Below, piece by piece: positions 49,291 to 63,000 of a stretch of DNA of 64,000 nucleotides (within the stretch, counting starts at the first letter, position 1; the number at the start of each line of letters is the position of its first letter). Source of the DNA: Daphnia carinata (taxonomy: Eukaryota); NCBI RefSeq assembly GCF_022539665.2, contig NC_081333.1, forward strand, positions 4,402,001-4,466,000, written 5' to 3'. The notes beneath the pieces are model-generated. The model worked only from the letters and a program-made list of their open reading frames with translations, was not told where the DNA came from and ran no database searches. The translations under genes were made by a program, and so were the position numbers.

Positions 49291-52200
49291 TAGAATAAAA
49301 TACAAATGTAAAATTACTTCAGAAAATCTCGAGGTATTACACGTTGGTCCTTGAATCTAAGTTGAAGAATTCAAAGAGTGTAATAAATAATAATTGAATA
49401 CTTACAGTTAAATGATAAACCTATGGGAATAATGCATACCTCACGGTAGAAAAAACAATAAAGATGAATTGAGTAAGCTAAATAAAAAAAAAAAGTTGAT
49501 AAACGTAATGTGTGAACACAGCGAAAACAGACAATGAAAGAAACAGATTTTGCAAAAAATATTTTATAAAAAAAATTTTATTGACAATTCTCTGCACATT
49601 ACAATTATTTTTGCAACTTTAAAAAGGCACAACAGCCCTTTCAAAAGTTGCCGTCAACCCAGGCAGGGGGAGACACTGCCTTGTTGACCCACCGGGGAGA
49701 TTACCCGGTGATTGGCTAAGAGAAGCCGGAAGAAGAGCTGAAGATTTGGAACATTTTTACAGGAGCGATTAACCTTTAGTTCGGATTTGTGGGTAGCCAC
49801 GTCGCCCTCCGTGAACACATCATCGGACTAAGCGGACCCCCACGTCCCCTTTCCGGCCAGAGCCCTCCAAACCTCGGTATATGTTGTTTTTATATATACC
49901 GTACAGTAGGGGCATGACCCCCTACGGGCTTATTACGAGTCAAGGGGAAACGGGGCTACAGAAAGGAAGGGAGCCCAGATATGCACTTCAATTTTTTAAA
50001 TATAAAATACCGTCTCGGGAATCCAAATTAAGTATAGAAATGTCATGTCATCCATTCAATCATTACAACTTATTCAGTGTCTTGCCCCAACCAAGAATCT
50101 TTTCAGATCCAATGTTACTATTAACCTATGCTGAGAAAAGAAAAACAACACCATTAAGCATCTCAATTGTTGCTCATGTGACTTACATGACTTATAGATT
50201 CAACTTCTGGCAGAAGCTTGGGAAAGGCCATACAAATTGCAGATGAAAATCATTGTATAAGGCTCTTGAATGATAAAATAGCACCCCTAGAATGTTGCAT
50301 TGTTGATAGTTGTGTTCCCAGTATGCTGAAAATCCTTTCCTATAGGATAAATTTTTTTTTAGATTAGACATGGTTGGCAAAAAGCAGGAGAAATGCTTTG
50401 TCATGAATTCAAAAAATTTTCAAGAAAATTCCTTTCATACCTAAAGAGTCCATGTATGATGTTCATCGCTGCAATGCCAACGAAATGAAACATCTTTAGG
50501 GCCATTTAAGTACCCAGCTTCACCAACACTCTGAACGTAAAGGACAAGTTGTTCTTTAGCAAGAGAAGCAAAATTATTTGAGGCTTCTAGCTGTGACAGA
50601 ACTATAAAGGATTGCTGTTACACAGGATTCATTCACACAAGATGGTACTTCTCATTAGACAATTTGCATACTCTATTACTTTACCTCATAGCTTAATGGT
50701 AATGCACTTTCAGTGTTTTTCAACTGCAGGCTCACTCTTCCATCCTGTAACACTTCCAGACTTGACTTGATCCCCCACTAAAATTCTGTGAATGCAAAAT
50801 AATAGCATTAAAAATACTTTTTCGATAGACAAAAAACTGAAAAGTACCTAATTCATGTTTTATGTTGAACTCGTGCTATTTCTGGGTTTCCGTACCACAC
50901 CCATTTTCAGCCCAAATACAGTCCCACAATTGTTCACTTCCTTCGCTGCATGGACTTATTACTAACAATTCTTTTAGTGCAGCACTAACAGAATTTAACT
51001 TTAACACACTGTCAGGTGGTAGACTGAATAACTAAACAATAAATAATTGTTTGTTAAAATTCTATACTTATTTTGAATTCTTATTTGAAAAGTTTAGGTA
51101 CCTGACTGTGTTCGCCTAATGCCAATTCATCCTCATGTTCAGTTAGGGATGAGCTTGGAAAAACCTCCTTCACTGTTTGGAAACTGTTCCGTTCCAATTT
51201 GTTCTTTTCCCCTAGCTGAGCTTGTAGACTCAAAATTTGAGCTACAAAACACAAATGAATCAAAGCAAATAAATAGAATCATTACGTATTAGGCCTTACC
51301 ATCCTTAGCTTTGCTGTTATCTAATATTTTGTATTGTTCCAATAATTGGGCCTGCAGCTTCATAATTTGATCTAATAAACAATAATTAATAACTGAAAAC
51401 CAATATAATAATGTTTATACTTACCATCCTTTTGTTGTATTATCTTATCCATTTTTCAATTGTTCCTCCAGCCACGCGTTATTCTCCATTCACGCTACTG
51501 AACTAACTGCGAATGGCATCCAATGGACTGAAATTGCCTACGCCAGTAATAACGGGTCTGAGCGGTAGATGGCTACGTGTCGGAAAAAAAGAAAAAAGTG
51601 TTTTTTTTTTTTTTTTTTTTTTTTTTTGGGGGGAAAACGGATTGCCATAATACTCACATTTATTTCCATTAATCCTTTTGAAAAGCAAAACAATGAAACA
51701 GGGTGAAAAAAGAAAGAGAAACAAAAACAAATCAGTTTTGTTTCTGATTCACCATTTTATCGATTACTTCCTTGAGCTTGATTACACGCTCTATCCGTCA
51801 AATTGGAAGCAACATTGGTTAGTGTAATACAAAACTCAGCGTAGGCAACTTGATTTGCTTTTCTCGTAAATTGCATGAGGTGCCCTGCTCCATCTAACCG
51901 CGTGCTCCAGCCGGAGTAAAAGAGAAGACTGACTCGGTTGACTAAGTATAAATGAGAAGTTTTTTTAGCCTTTGACAAGGGCAAATAATAATAGCTCACG
52001 TCACGGCCAGCCGACTCGTCGTGCACAATCATACAGTATACAAACAAGCTTGTTATAACAAATGTCGGGCAAGCCTTGGACCCTGAGGGGCTACAATCAG
52101 TTGATGCCGTCTATTTACAAAAAACTTTACCAGCAAAAGAAGAAATGATTATAAAAACATAATAGCAAATGTTCTCCCGCTGATGCCGCATCAATCGACT

Positions 52201-55200
52201 ATCTTCTGCATGAGAGAATTCTTGATTTTACAATTTATTCTATCTACGACTTCCTGTATTCAAATGCCAAACGTGCAAGCGAGTAGAGATACATATCACT
52301 TTGATGGTTTAGATCAAAGGGTATTCTAAACGTATCTATACCTACTACTCTCTGTGACCCCTTGTACAAATCTTGCTTCAGGAATGAAATATTTACGAAG
52401 GCAACCGAAATGTCACTGGGATCTGCATACAAACGATGTTGCATGCGGATAAACCTCGGGTCCAGTTATAACGATGAAATCATAAACTATCCATGAAAGA
52501 AAATTCGATACGAGTTAAAAATCCATCTTGTCCATTAAAGTTTTGATTCGGGTTAAACATTTTGAGTGGGCGAGTTTGACGACAGGTCTTTAGTTACACA
52601 GAAAAAGGAAGCCATGTCAAAGACACAATGCATGGCCAACAACAAATAAAAAAAGAGCTACTATCTCGGATCGATTTATCTCAATTTCATTTTCTCTACG
52701 TAAAAGTTTTTACACAACAGAAGCCGAACCCTGGCTCTTTCCAAAATCATCGTGAACTTTTTTTTTTTGTTAGTGTACGTGATTTTTGTTGTCCGGAAGA
52801 ACACGGCCGGAGAAAAGAGTTTCGAACCAAAGTTTTTGTCGTTCATCAAGGTTGCTCTTTCTACAGACCATTTCAATCCCGCTAAAATGTTTTTTTTTTA
52901 AAGGGCAAAATAATGATTGATAATAATGGCGAGCTACAACAGGGACGCACTGTATATTGTGTGTAGTCTCTAGCGATGTGAATTAGCATCATAATGAGCT
53001 CGAGCTGAGCTCAGCATAGTCTCTCAGCAGGCGTGCTGTTGGAATGTAATGGACGAACGTGGGGGAGGTAGAATCTGACAGCCTTTATTGGACCCGATAT
53101 GAAACGAACGGAGATAGGGACCCCGCACAGCCTCTCTGTTGTATAGAGATGTGCACACACAGACACTATTAATCAATAGAATAATCCTCCCTATCCAGCA
53201 GTATTTTCCTCCGTTTTCCTGCCAACTTCTTGCGCCACCGCCAGCGCGTGTCGTGATTAGTGAAATACCTTAGAGCTATTGCAAGAAACGGTGGGGAACG
53301 GATGGCAAAAATGCAAAGGCAGGGGGTAACAAACGAAAGATGAAACCTACCTTTCAATAATAATGATCCGCGGAGACAACGTCTGTGCGCACAAGGCAAA
53401 TGGAATACTTGTGAAACTGTAACATGCAGCTCTTCGAGATGTTGCCGTCCTGGAGAAAAAAAAAACTGGCCTTTTTTTTTTTTATTCTGACATGTGATTT
53501 GAATATATTAGCACAAAAAAAAGTATGGTTCTACCGTGTAAAATGTTAAAGTGCGGGAAGAAAAATGTTTTTTTTTTTAAATATTCAAACGCTTGACATT
53601 TTTTTTTCTTCAAGTTGTGCTACACATAAACTGACACATCAATCGATAGGTATCACTAGAAACCAGGCAAAAGACTTTTGATTGATGATTTTTTAGTTTT
53701 ACGGGGGCAAAAAAATCTACATATTTTCATGGAGAAGGCCATTTTCATGCAATGACACATCAAATATTAGGGGGTCGGCGGAAATTTCCTTGTTTTCTTT
53801 ATTGGAATAATAAAAATTGAATGATGGATGGATAATATACTGCCGAGCAATTTTATACTGTGGGTATATCTGGCGGAAGCAAGCACAACCATAAATATAA
53901 ATCTTTATTCCCCCTCAACTTTCAAAAGAAAAGAATGGGAAATTCAGCTTCACAGAATTCAACAAAAAAAAAAAAAAAAAAAACGATCATTGCATGAAAA
54001 AAAAAAAAAAAAATTTACAAGAAAAAGATGTTCATATAGGAAAAAGGACAATGAAATGCCTATCGATCTGTCAGAACGATCTCACTTGTTTTCTTTTTCG
54101 TTCCGTGTTTTTCACGCTGCTCTAACGATGAAAAGAAAAATTCGATTCACGACAAATTCTAGTGGATCTCGCATCCCTGAATTTCCTTCCCCAGCGGCAG
54201 AAGGTAACGATCGACTCAAATTCGTAGCTCTCGAGTGCAATTTCAACAGGTTAGATATAATTGAGCGTGTCAATTGTGTAAATAATATTTATAAATGATT
54301 TAAACAGCATTTAAGAGTCGGAATAGCAACTCGCAGTAGTTACAATAAAAGACGTATGGCGAGAGAAGGTCAACAGCTTGGAATTTTCATATGGCTTGAA
54401 ATCTGTTATGCCAGTCAGGATGTTACGTACTACACCCAAGAGTGTGGCACTGCACCATATTGTGTCCCATACGAATGTGTATATCTTGGGGGAGTCGCAG
54501 TGATTTATACTTCCAATATTGTCTCGCCATATTCTTTTCAACTATTTGCTCTTTGCGCTCTTTTTACCCACCGCGCCATCCAAATTTAATAAAAGCAAAA
54601 ATACAGGAGAAAAGTATTAAATGGACATTGAACAAATAAATCGATCTATTATTACTTGATCGATGGACATCCCACAGACCACATTATTTATAGATTCCCT
54701 TTTTTGTTTGTAGCTGACAAACAAAAAAAAACAAAACAAATTGATAAATAGGTCAATCGGATTTGGCGCTATACGGGGGCAGTTATAACACGCTTAATAG
54801 CAAAACTTATAAACTATCGGTATATTCTTTTACTGCTTTTATCTCATTTTTTCCTGCTGCTTTCTGCTCTATAAGTGGATTTATTCCAACTAGTTTTATA
54901 TTTGAGTGGTCGATCGCGTGATGGACCTTTGAAAAGAAAAGGAAAAAAAATCAAGTTAATCGATTTTCCTTCCCTTTTATTTCCCTCCCGTATCATCTCG
55001 TCAATGTTGGAAGATTTTTTATAAAGACGCCTCCCATGACAACAAGTTCCGACGTCTCTGGCTCGTCAATATATAATCCTATCACGTCTTTCGCCCGTGT
55101 GTGCTGCCGAAGAAAACAGGAGGACCTTTTTCCTCTTTTACATTTATCATTACTTCAACTTTCTGATGGCAGCATATCATTAAACAAGACCATCTATTGG

Positions 55201-56825
55201 CAAACTGTCAAATTCGATAGAGGATTACATCAGCCAAAAAAAAAAAGAAATCTAAGGACATTTTTCAAATGTTTTTTATCTCATTAAATTTCGGATTGGG
55301 GTTTTATGGGGCGTCATGGGAGGCTCTCCAACATATCAACTTGTTGTTTGTTTGTTCAGATCTCTTTTCTTCCCCGCCATGTCCAGGAAAGTTCATAGAG
55401 GCTGTAGAAAATGGCCCGAAAAGATGAAAAGGAAATCTATACATATTCGATAGAGACAGAAAGAGGCTCCTCCTTCCTTTCGTCATGTAGGTGTAGGTGT
55501 GTATAGTTCTTTTCCCCCTCCTTTAACAGATATGTATAAAGGGCCTCTACGATCAACTACATTGGCTCAGTTCCGGCTCAGCCTCGTACCGAGTCACATC
55601 AACAGCTCGCAACTGTATTTTTTTTTTAAGTTAAGAAAAGACATTCTTTTTTTTTTTTTAAGTAACAGTGACTCCTTCCAAGGATTTCTTTTAAAGAACT
55701 GGTTCAGATCCGGCGTATCAGGTAAGGCTATTAAGTACAAATGATATTACGTAAAATGATTGTGTTAGATGGACGTAAATGTAATTTAGAGCTTGGGGAA
55801 AGCAGCAGATGGTGGCCAATAGACGTCGTCGTCTAAGGGATCTCACTGGATTATGAAACAGTTGATGAGGAATCCTATGTTTTAATCACGAGAATTTGTA
55901 AGACGACCACTCAACTTTGTACGGATAGTTTTCCTTGCGTTACGCGAATAGAAACGCAAAAAGTTCTTCTTACGTGAAAGCTTATCGTTAGTGGTTCAAT
56001 GATATTTTTGTAGGAATGCAAAATGTAAAAATAAAAACGCAGCCGGAAGGGGAAAAAAAGACGAGGAATTATTGTCACCGATCACTTCTTGTGTGTTGAA
56101 CACTAAAAGATTTCGAGGCGGAGATGTATACATAAACACGTAGTATCTAATATCGTCACACTGATGTAGAAGAACATGGAATAGCACTTTCCAGCCTCTT
56201 GCGGATCGATAACAAAATAATAGGCTACATTACTACATAAATCCTAAATGCCTTTACAAACCATGTACATAGAATGAAATGCGATGGGATTTGGCACATG
56301 GCGATAACAGGATCATGTTGCAAAGATGATTGATAAATGAAATAGTTTTCCTTCTTCCTTAGAAAAAAGGTCTGATAAAATCCGCCGCAGAAAAGATTAA
56401 TTTTTTTTTTCAAATTAAATTTCTACTACCACCGAAAACCGTTTTTCGTTTCTATCAATTGTTTCTTTTTTTCCCCCTATCGTTCTCTGCCATTCTTGTT
56501 TTCAAAATAAACAAAAATCGTAGGGTATAAAAAAAAGAAAAACAAGTGTGTAAACACGGAGAACTCAAGAAGCCTAGAGATCCCACCCACTAGGATATAA
56601 ACAGATGTGCAATACGTCGTAGCAAGTCAGTCCATAGCGAACGGAAGTAAAAAGCGGAAGAGGTTCTGGCTGGAAATTGGATCATGATAGCCATCTACGC
56701 AGCCAAGACTTAAAAAAAATATTGCCCTTCATTTTTTTTTTCTTCCCCCCCCTACTTGGTTTGAACTTGTTTCAATTTTGCCTATACATTGCAGGAAAAA
56801 GGAAATAAAGAAATCTGCCTCGCCA

Positions 56826-59706
56826 ATGGCCGGAGGATGCGATTTAGGTGGCGAAAATGGTGGCGGTACAAATAATACTAAAAGATTGACCATCGCGTTT
56901 ATCGGGGCCAAAAGCGTCGGTAAGACGTCCATCATCCGGGTAAGTCCCAATCGCCTCTCTTTTTTTTTTCTCTTTCCATTTCTATACCTATTTGATTTTT
57001 GGCTGCATCCCACTTTTGTGTGCGTGAATCGTGTCGCTGAGGAGATGAAAAGGCCGTCATCACAAAAGCTTCATCCTTTTCATCAGCCTTTAAATCGAGG
57101 CAGGACGAAGAAAAAAAGGATGAACACAATTGTATAGATAATACCAGTTAAATCGCGTGCGTTTAAAAATAGCAATTTCCCGCAAAATGACACGAATTTG
57201 TCCAGGAAAAAATGATCAAAATGATTGAATAAAAAAAAAACTTTGGGGAAAGTGAGCAAAAATGGGAGTAGTGCCACGAACTCTGTGAACTTTTTCTCGG
57301 TGAAATCATTTCCCTATTCATTGCCAACTTTATCGTTAGAGAAGTTACAAGAACAGCCCACAGCATCGCACGATGAATGGCTCGCTTCTTATCGCCACGG
57401 CAATAACAAGATGAATTCAACCCGTTACATACAAGAAAACCACATCGGATTGACGATGGGATTTCGCCGACTCGAAAGCAAAATAGCCCCATACACGAAT
57501 TCGATAGAAAAGAGAGAAAAAAAAAAAAAAAACAAAAAAAAAAAAAAAAAAAAAAAAGAGATTTGTGTACAGGGAGCCTATTTCGAGCGTTTGATTGGCT
57601 GTGCTTCCAATCGATTGATTGACGCAACGAAGACGGACGTGATTGATGTCCAACACACAGCATCTGAAAAAAGGATTTTTTTTTTCTAAATAAAAAAGGA
57701 GAAAATGGATATAAAGATTTCTATATCCATTTTTCTTTTGCGGGGTTTCGCTTGACGACATCCGACCCCAGCGACATTTTCCATTTACCAAACTGTCAAC
57801 CGATTTATCTCTTACACATCCCCCCCCCTCTTTTCTTTTTATCTTGCACGCGTACTTTATGTGTCGAGTTCCTCGCACGTCAAATGAAAAACAAACAAGC
57901 TATTTACAGTCTCGCAAAACTGTTTTGTCTTTAAACAGCAATTTGTGAGCAATCAATTCAGCAATGTCGTCGGACCGACCGTGCACCCGCAACGCTACGC
58001 CACCAGTTTGGTTCTATCCAATAATCGCATCATTGAAATTCACATTTCCGATTTTCCCGCCATCGATAAATTTCCTGAAGATTCGCTCCAAGAGTGGAAC
58101 CTCCATTGCTCCTCATCCGGCACGAAGCAAAGCAGCAAAACAGTTCACAAACCTCCGCAATCGTTTTGCCGATTAAGACAAGCATCCGCCTACGTGCTCG
58201 TGTTCGACTCTTCCAGACCGGCGCCCACGTTCCAGTACATCCGTCAGATGCGCGATCAGATTCTCAGTCACGGTGGTAAGGATGTTTACAAGAAACCAAT
58301 GGTCGTGGCGGCAAACAAACAAGATCTCGTTCACATGGCCAGAGGTCCGTCAGCTAGCGCCACAACAACATGGTGCAATCGCGGACCTTTAATGAAGAGT
58401 CGCCGACGTGCAGCGACTCACCAGCAGACGCCCGTCCACAACAACAACAACGGAACGAGTCATTCGGGCGCAGGTGTTAATAACGGCGGCAAGAATGGCC
58501 ATAACGGAACGAACGCAACATCCAGCGAATGGAGTTGCACCGTCCGCAAACAATGGCGTTGTCTTTACGTCGAATGCAGCGCCAAATTCAATTGGCAGGT
58601 CAGTTTCTTTTTAACCCATTAACTAGCTGCCCTTCTTTCTTTCTTTTTTTTTTTTTTTTGCAAGTTCCTTATTGATCCAATCAAACGCAGCAACCCTCCC
58701 GGCCGTGCCAACATTAAAAGAACGTAACAAAAGCTGCCCTTCCAATTTAGGCAGTTCCGATAGGTTATGAATTAATAGATACGAATGGCAGCGCAGTGCG
58801 CGCACACGGCTCATCAGCTTACGCATACCCAGAAAAAAGATATACTTTGTGCGTAGGTCTTTCCAGCTTTTCCCTAGAAACAACCGCGCAGACGGGAATT
58901 CTTTCAATAATTAGTATCTGAGTTGTTACACAAGGCTTATTAGTCTTTAAGTTGTTCCGGTCTGTCTTTTTTGCTTACTCCCTAGATAAATCGAATTTTC
59001 GTTCAAAGATAACGAGCATGACGGACATGTTCATTTGTTATCTGGTTCCATCAGTTCGCTTTCAAAAACAAAATGAGAAAAGAAATCCAAGATCTCGGTT
59101 TGCGAGGAGACATTAGTGCTCCAACGAAAGGTAGCCATTTTTGCTTCCACGGATCCCACTAATTAGCGCGCACGATCGATACAACAACTCTAGGAGAATG
59201 AAGATATAAAAAGACTCACTCACCCACCATCCATCCTTTTCTTCTTAATAAAGCGCAGTTCAGAAAAAAAAAAAAACATCTGTTGAACTCCCGGCAGATC
59301 CCTTGGCACGGTAACAAACTTGTTTATCCCCCGCTTCGCAAAAGTTGTCCTGCTAAAAACGCACACCTAATTAACCTAACACAAAAAGTTTTCTACAAAA
59401 TAGGAAATAAAACTTAGCTTTTTGTTTGGCAAGCAGGTCGTGCATCTGTTCCAGCAGGTGGTCAACGCGATCGAGAGCTGTTCGGCGGATGGCCATCGGC
59501 ATCAGTCGGGCGGTGATCCATCGCGTCATCAATTGCCGCACTCGATCGCTCAGCTCGTTCATCTCGGTCAATTGGCTCATCTGGGTGGGTTCATCAACGT
59601 TCCTGGAGCGCCTCCCGTTGTTATGACGTTGCCACCTCCACCGAGACCGTCTTCACCGGAACGTCGTCGAACAATTGGCAGAAGATTACAATGCCCAGTC
59701 TGTTGA
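56826..59706 (+). CDS. RASL10B: Ras-like protein family member 10-like small GTPase (3 coding exons)
   Basis: GAKSVGKT P-loop; DFPAIDKFPEDSLQEW (RASL10 signature); AYVLVFD; NKQDL; VRKQWRCLYVECSAKFNW|. Last exon from ~59437 (VVHLFQQ…) ends in a CaaX-like CPVC*. Confidence 0.85.
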
Positions 59707-60013
59707 TGAAATTCTTGTTTTTGTTTTTTAAAATTAATTCTAAACCGATTTTTTTCTCTTGTTCGCTGTGAATAAAAAAAATAATAATTTACAATGTCAC
59801 TATGAGCAAAAAGGACCTGTCTTTCCTAGAATTCTTTTTTTTTCTTCTCTCATCGTCCGTCGCGATCCATTACACACAACCGTCAAGAAGAATATAAGGG
59901 CCAAAAAAAAAAAAAAAAATAAGAGAGAATGTTTTTGTTGGAGTTGAAGGAGAAGGGAACATCAAGCAAAAAAAAAAAAAAAAAAAGGGAAAATATTTGG
60001 AGAAGAAATCCAA

Positions 60014-63000
60014 TCAATCGATTGTAGACTTCCTTTTTTTCTTCTTTTTGGCTGGACTGGGTGTTCCGTCTGTGGTTTGCTCTCGTCGATCATCCGCTGT
60101 CGACTCTTGTGTCGTCTGCCTCTTTTTCATTTTTTGGGGAGTTGTGGACTCTGCCGACGCGCCTTCTGCAATCGATGTTAATCAAGTTGATGTAGTAAAA
60201 GAGGGGCGCGAAAAAGAAAAGTATATAATTTGAAAGTCAAACAGGTTCTTTTTTTTTTTGGAAAATATTAAAAAAAAGGGGCTAAATTACCGGCAGCTGT
60301 AGGCACATGTCGCGAAACTTTATCCGTACTATTCTGATCCTTTTTTTTCAATTTTTTCTTCTTTGAATTCGCTTCTTTTGCCCCTTTGACAACCTCGTGC
60401 TCCACTTGATTGCCGTTTGTATCGTGACTTCCTGCTTTCATCGTCTCAGAATCCTTATGCCGTTTCTTCCGCTCGCCAATCTTTTCCTGCGCAACCACCG
60501 ACGAAGATGGTTCCGCTTCGGGTGCCACGTCAATGTCCATATCAACTTGAGCAAAAGTTACATCGCCGAAACCTTCCCCCGACGCTGTCATCCGCCGCTT
60601 CTTAGCCTCTTTCTTTTCTTTGTCTCCAGGACGATTGGATTTCATCTTCTTTTTGGTCGTCATCTCTGCCGCTTTCGATCCATTTGTAGTCGTCTTTGTC
60701 GATTTGGCTCCATCAGCTTCCGGGGACGAGGAAGATGTCAATCGTTTAGAACCACCGCTGCAGGGCTGTGCCGGTTCGATTTCGTCAAGAGCTAGACCCA
60801 TCAGTCTGGCCAGCATGGAGTGATTCTTTTTCAAGTCCTTTTGTTTGCCCAATCCTTTGGCTGTAAAGACCGCCAGCGCGTCTTTGAAAGGCTTCCAAAG
60901 TTCGCCGTCGTCTGTACCAACACCACCAGAAGTGGGGGAGTCTTCTCTCAGCTTGGCAACTTCGGGACAAAGCAGCACAACACGCAGCAGAATAAAGAGC
61001 TCATTCAAGTACTTGGGTTTGGAATCGCTACCAGCTTCTTCGACGACCTTCGCCAACAGAAAGAACAAAAGTAAATTCAACATGTTAAAATCCTGCCCGC
61101 TATACTTTTTCAACATATATAAAAGATTCGAAGGAACTCAGGCCCTTCCACAAATCGATCGATCGTTAAAGACCCCCCCCCCCTCCCCCACACGAGATAC
61201 CGATCGATCGGCAAACACACACTACACGCTCTCCATACAAAACGAAAAAGAACGCGAAAGCAGACAGCTGCCGTACAAAAAAGAAAATCGCTTTCCTTTC
61301 ACTGAGTCTACTGTAAGTGTAATTACCCGCTGAGAGCACTGCAAAAGACTATGCAACCGCTTTGTCAGTAGTGGCTGGCCTAGCGCCGACAGGGCCGTCG
61401 AGTTCCGGAAGAGCGCCGTCAACAGCTGGACGGCTTGAAGCTTGCGATTCTTTAGGATCGCCGGCCCAAAAGCGTACTCTATCAATGGCTCGAGTAGAAA
61501 GCCCGCGTCCGGCCACGGATAAACAAGGGCGCGAGAGAAGACGCCAAATGGGACGGGCGAATCGCGTTTCAGGAAAAACTTGGACAAGTTCGAACGGTAC
61601 AGTTGATAAACACCGTCCACTTGTACGTGAGGTTCTTTCGACTTCTTCTGGCCGTTAGTTGAATCGTTGACTCGACTCAGGTGCAATGTACACCTGAGAA
61701 TAAACGAGCAACATTGAACTATGTCTTCACTGATGTACGGCATCAGGGTTTTCTCTGCAAAATCAATTAAATGAATTTCATTGAAGGAACGTTAACATTA
61801 AATCGTTGACTTACTGGCATAGGGTTTAGAGAAAAGAATCTGCAATAATTTGACCAAGTCTTCCATGACGACATCCTTGGAATCGCTGAATCGTCGAATG
61901 TTGGTCAATTTGCGGAGGACAGATCTCGTGCGGTCCATCAAGGGCTTTTGTAACGGTTCCTTGACAGTGACCTCCAGTAATGAGAGGAGCGGCATCATGG
62001 CCGCAGCTGATAAACTGATGCTCAATTCCTTGTCTGTCAACACCTCGATGAGGTCGAGACAGCGGATACGAAAGTGCATTAAGGCAGTTCCTTCTTTGGG
62101 TAATTTGTTCACATTCTTGCGAACAGGACGAGCTTTACGGAATTCCTGGAACGCCGAACCGAGCGCTTTATCCAACCTCTCCATTTGGCCGTCGGACAGA
62201 TCGTCGACATCAACCGATTCGGTATCTGTCAGCGCTGCACTGTCACCTAGAGCCTCGTGAATCTTCATTCGAAGTTTATCTGTAATCGTTTCTTCTTCGT
62301 CCATTCCGTCACTAAATTCATCGTCACCGTCGTCTTCTTCAATTTCCGATTCTTCGTTTGCGTCTGCATTCGGACTTTCTTCTTCATCACTCAGGTCGCT
62401 TTCTTCTAAATCCTCGTCCTCCTCATCGGCGTCGACTAATGGGGTATCCTTTTTGGATGGATCGATAACCTGTCAATGCAACGCGGGAAAAGATATTATA
62501 AGAACTCTCCATCGAGAAATAGAATTTCGTTTCCTACATCCAAGACTTGCTGCAGAGCGTTGGGGGTTACGTGTTCGGCCAGCAGCGACCAAACGGACAC
62601 GACGATGCTACGGAGCAAGTGCTGATTCCGTGAGAGCAATGACAGGAGAATATCGGTGACGACTTCCAACCAATGAGGATCTTCGGGCGTCTCCAGCTGC
62701 TTCGCTTTAGCTGCCTTCGTTTTTTTATTGCTGTTTTCAGTGGCTTTGCTATAACAGGTATCCAACTCGGTAATGATTTCAGATGGCAAAGCCGGCTGAC
62801 GGAGCAATTCAAAACCCATGTTGATGTACAAGACCAAAAAGACCTGATCAGTCCAGCTGTCAGTTTCTTTAGCAGCCCGTTTTTTCTTTTGAATCTTTTC
62901 GGCTACTTTTTTTATATTTCTCCAGTATGCTTTCACCTATTTCAAATAGCGTTGAGAAAAATAATTATAATCTGACATTTACAAGTCTGAAATTGAAACG

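Larger units (their letters stand above)
48236..50013. mobile_element. Non-autonomous foldback element (~1.78 kb) with ~520-bp terminal inverted repeats
   Basis: 48236-~48758 is the reverse complement of ~49488-50013, with about ten differences by eye. A more diverged inverted match continues inward (48821-48873 vs 49384-49440). No clean TSD. Confidence 0.9.
47560..51500 (-). pseudogene. Decayed Kolobok-like transposase gene interrupted by a foldback element
   Basis: Frameshifted remnants in the expected order: CPLRSEC…FRWHCSDEHHTW (zinc-binding motif), HNYQQCNILGV.F…YNDFHLQFVWP, VANDHH…FR.GH and RFSK…PLKD..W. No catalytic DG motif or termini were found, and boundaries are approximate. Confidence 0.5.

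Noticed and set aside
48236..50013. Endogenous densovirus or Polinton suggested by the long inverted termini
   Set aside because: No NS1, capsid, polymerase or integrase remnants, no terminal hairpin and no 6-bp TSD.
51757..52444. Short minus-strand ORFs that might encode a THAP domain for the Kolobok-like relic
   Set aside because: The C2CH/W/F THAP signature is not recoverable.
53780..53789. Palindromic GGAAATTTCC and other isolated kB- or CRE-like motifs (e.g. 4717-4732, 34814-34827)
   Set aside because: Short motifs are expected by chance several times per 64 kb, and there is no independent support.
53828..57878. Several 90-170-aa ORFs with poly-K or poly-F runs (53828-54298, 57163-57878)
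   Set aside because: They arise from A/T homopolymer tracts in intergenic or intronic DNA.
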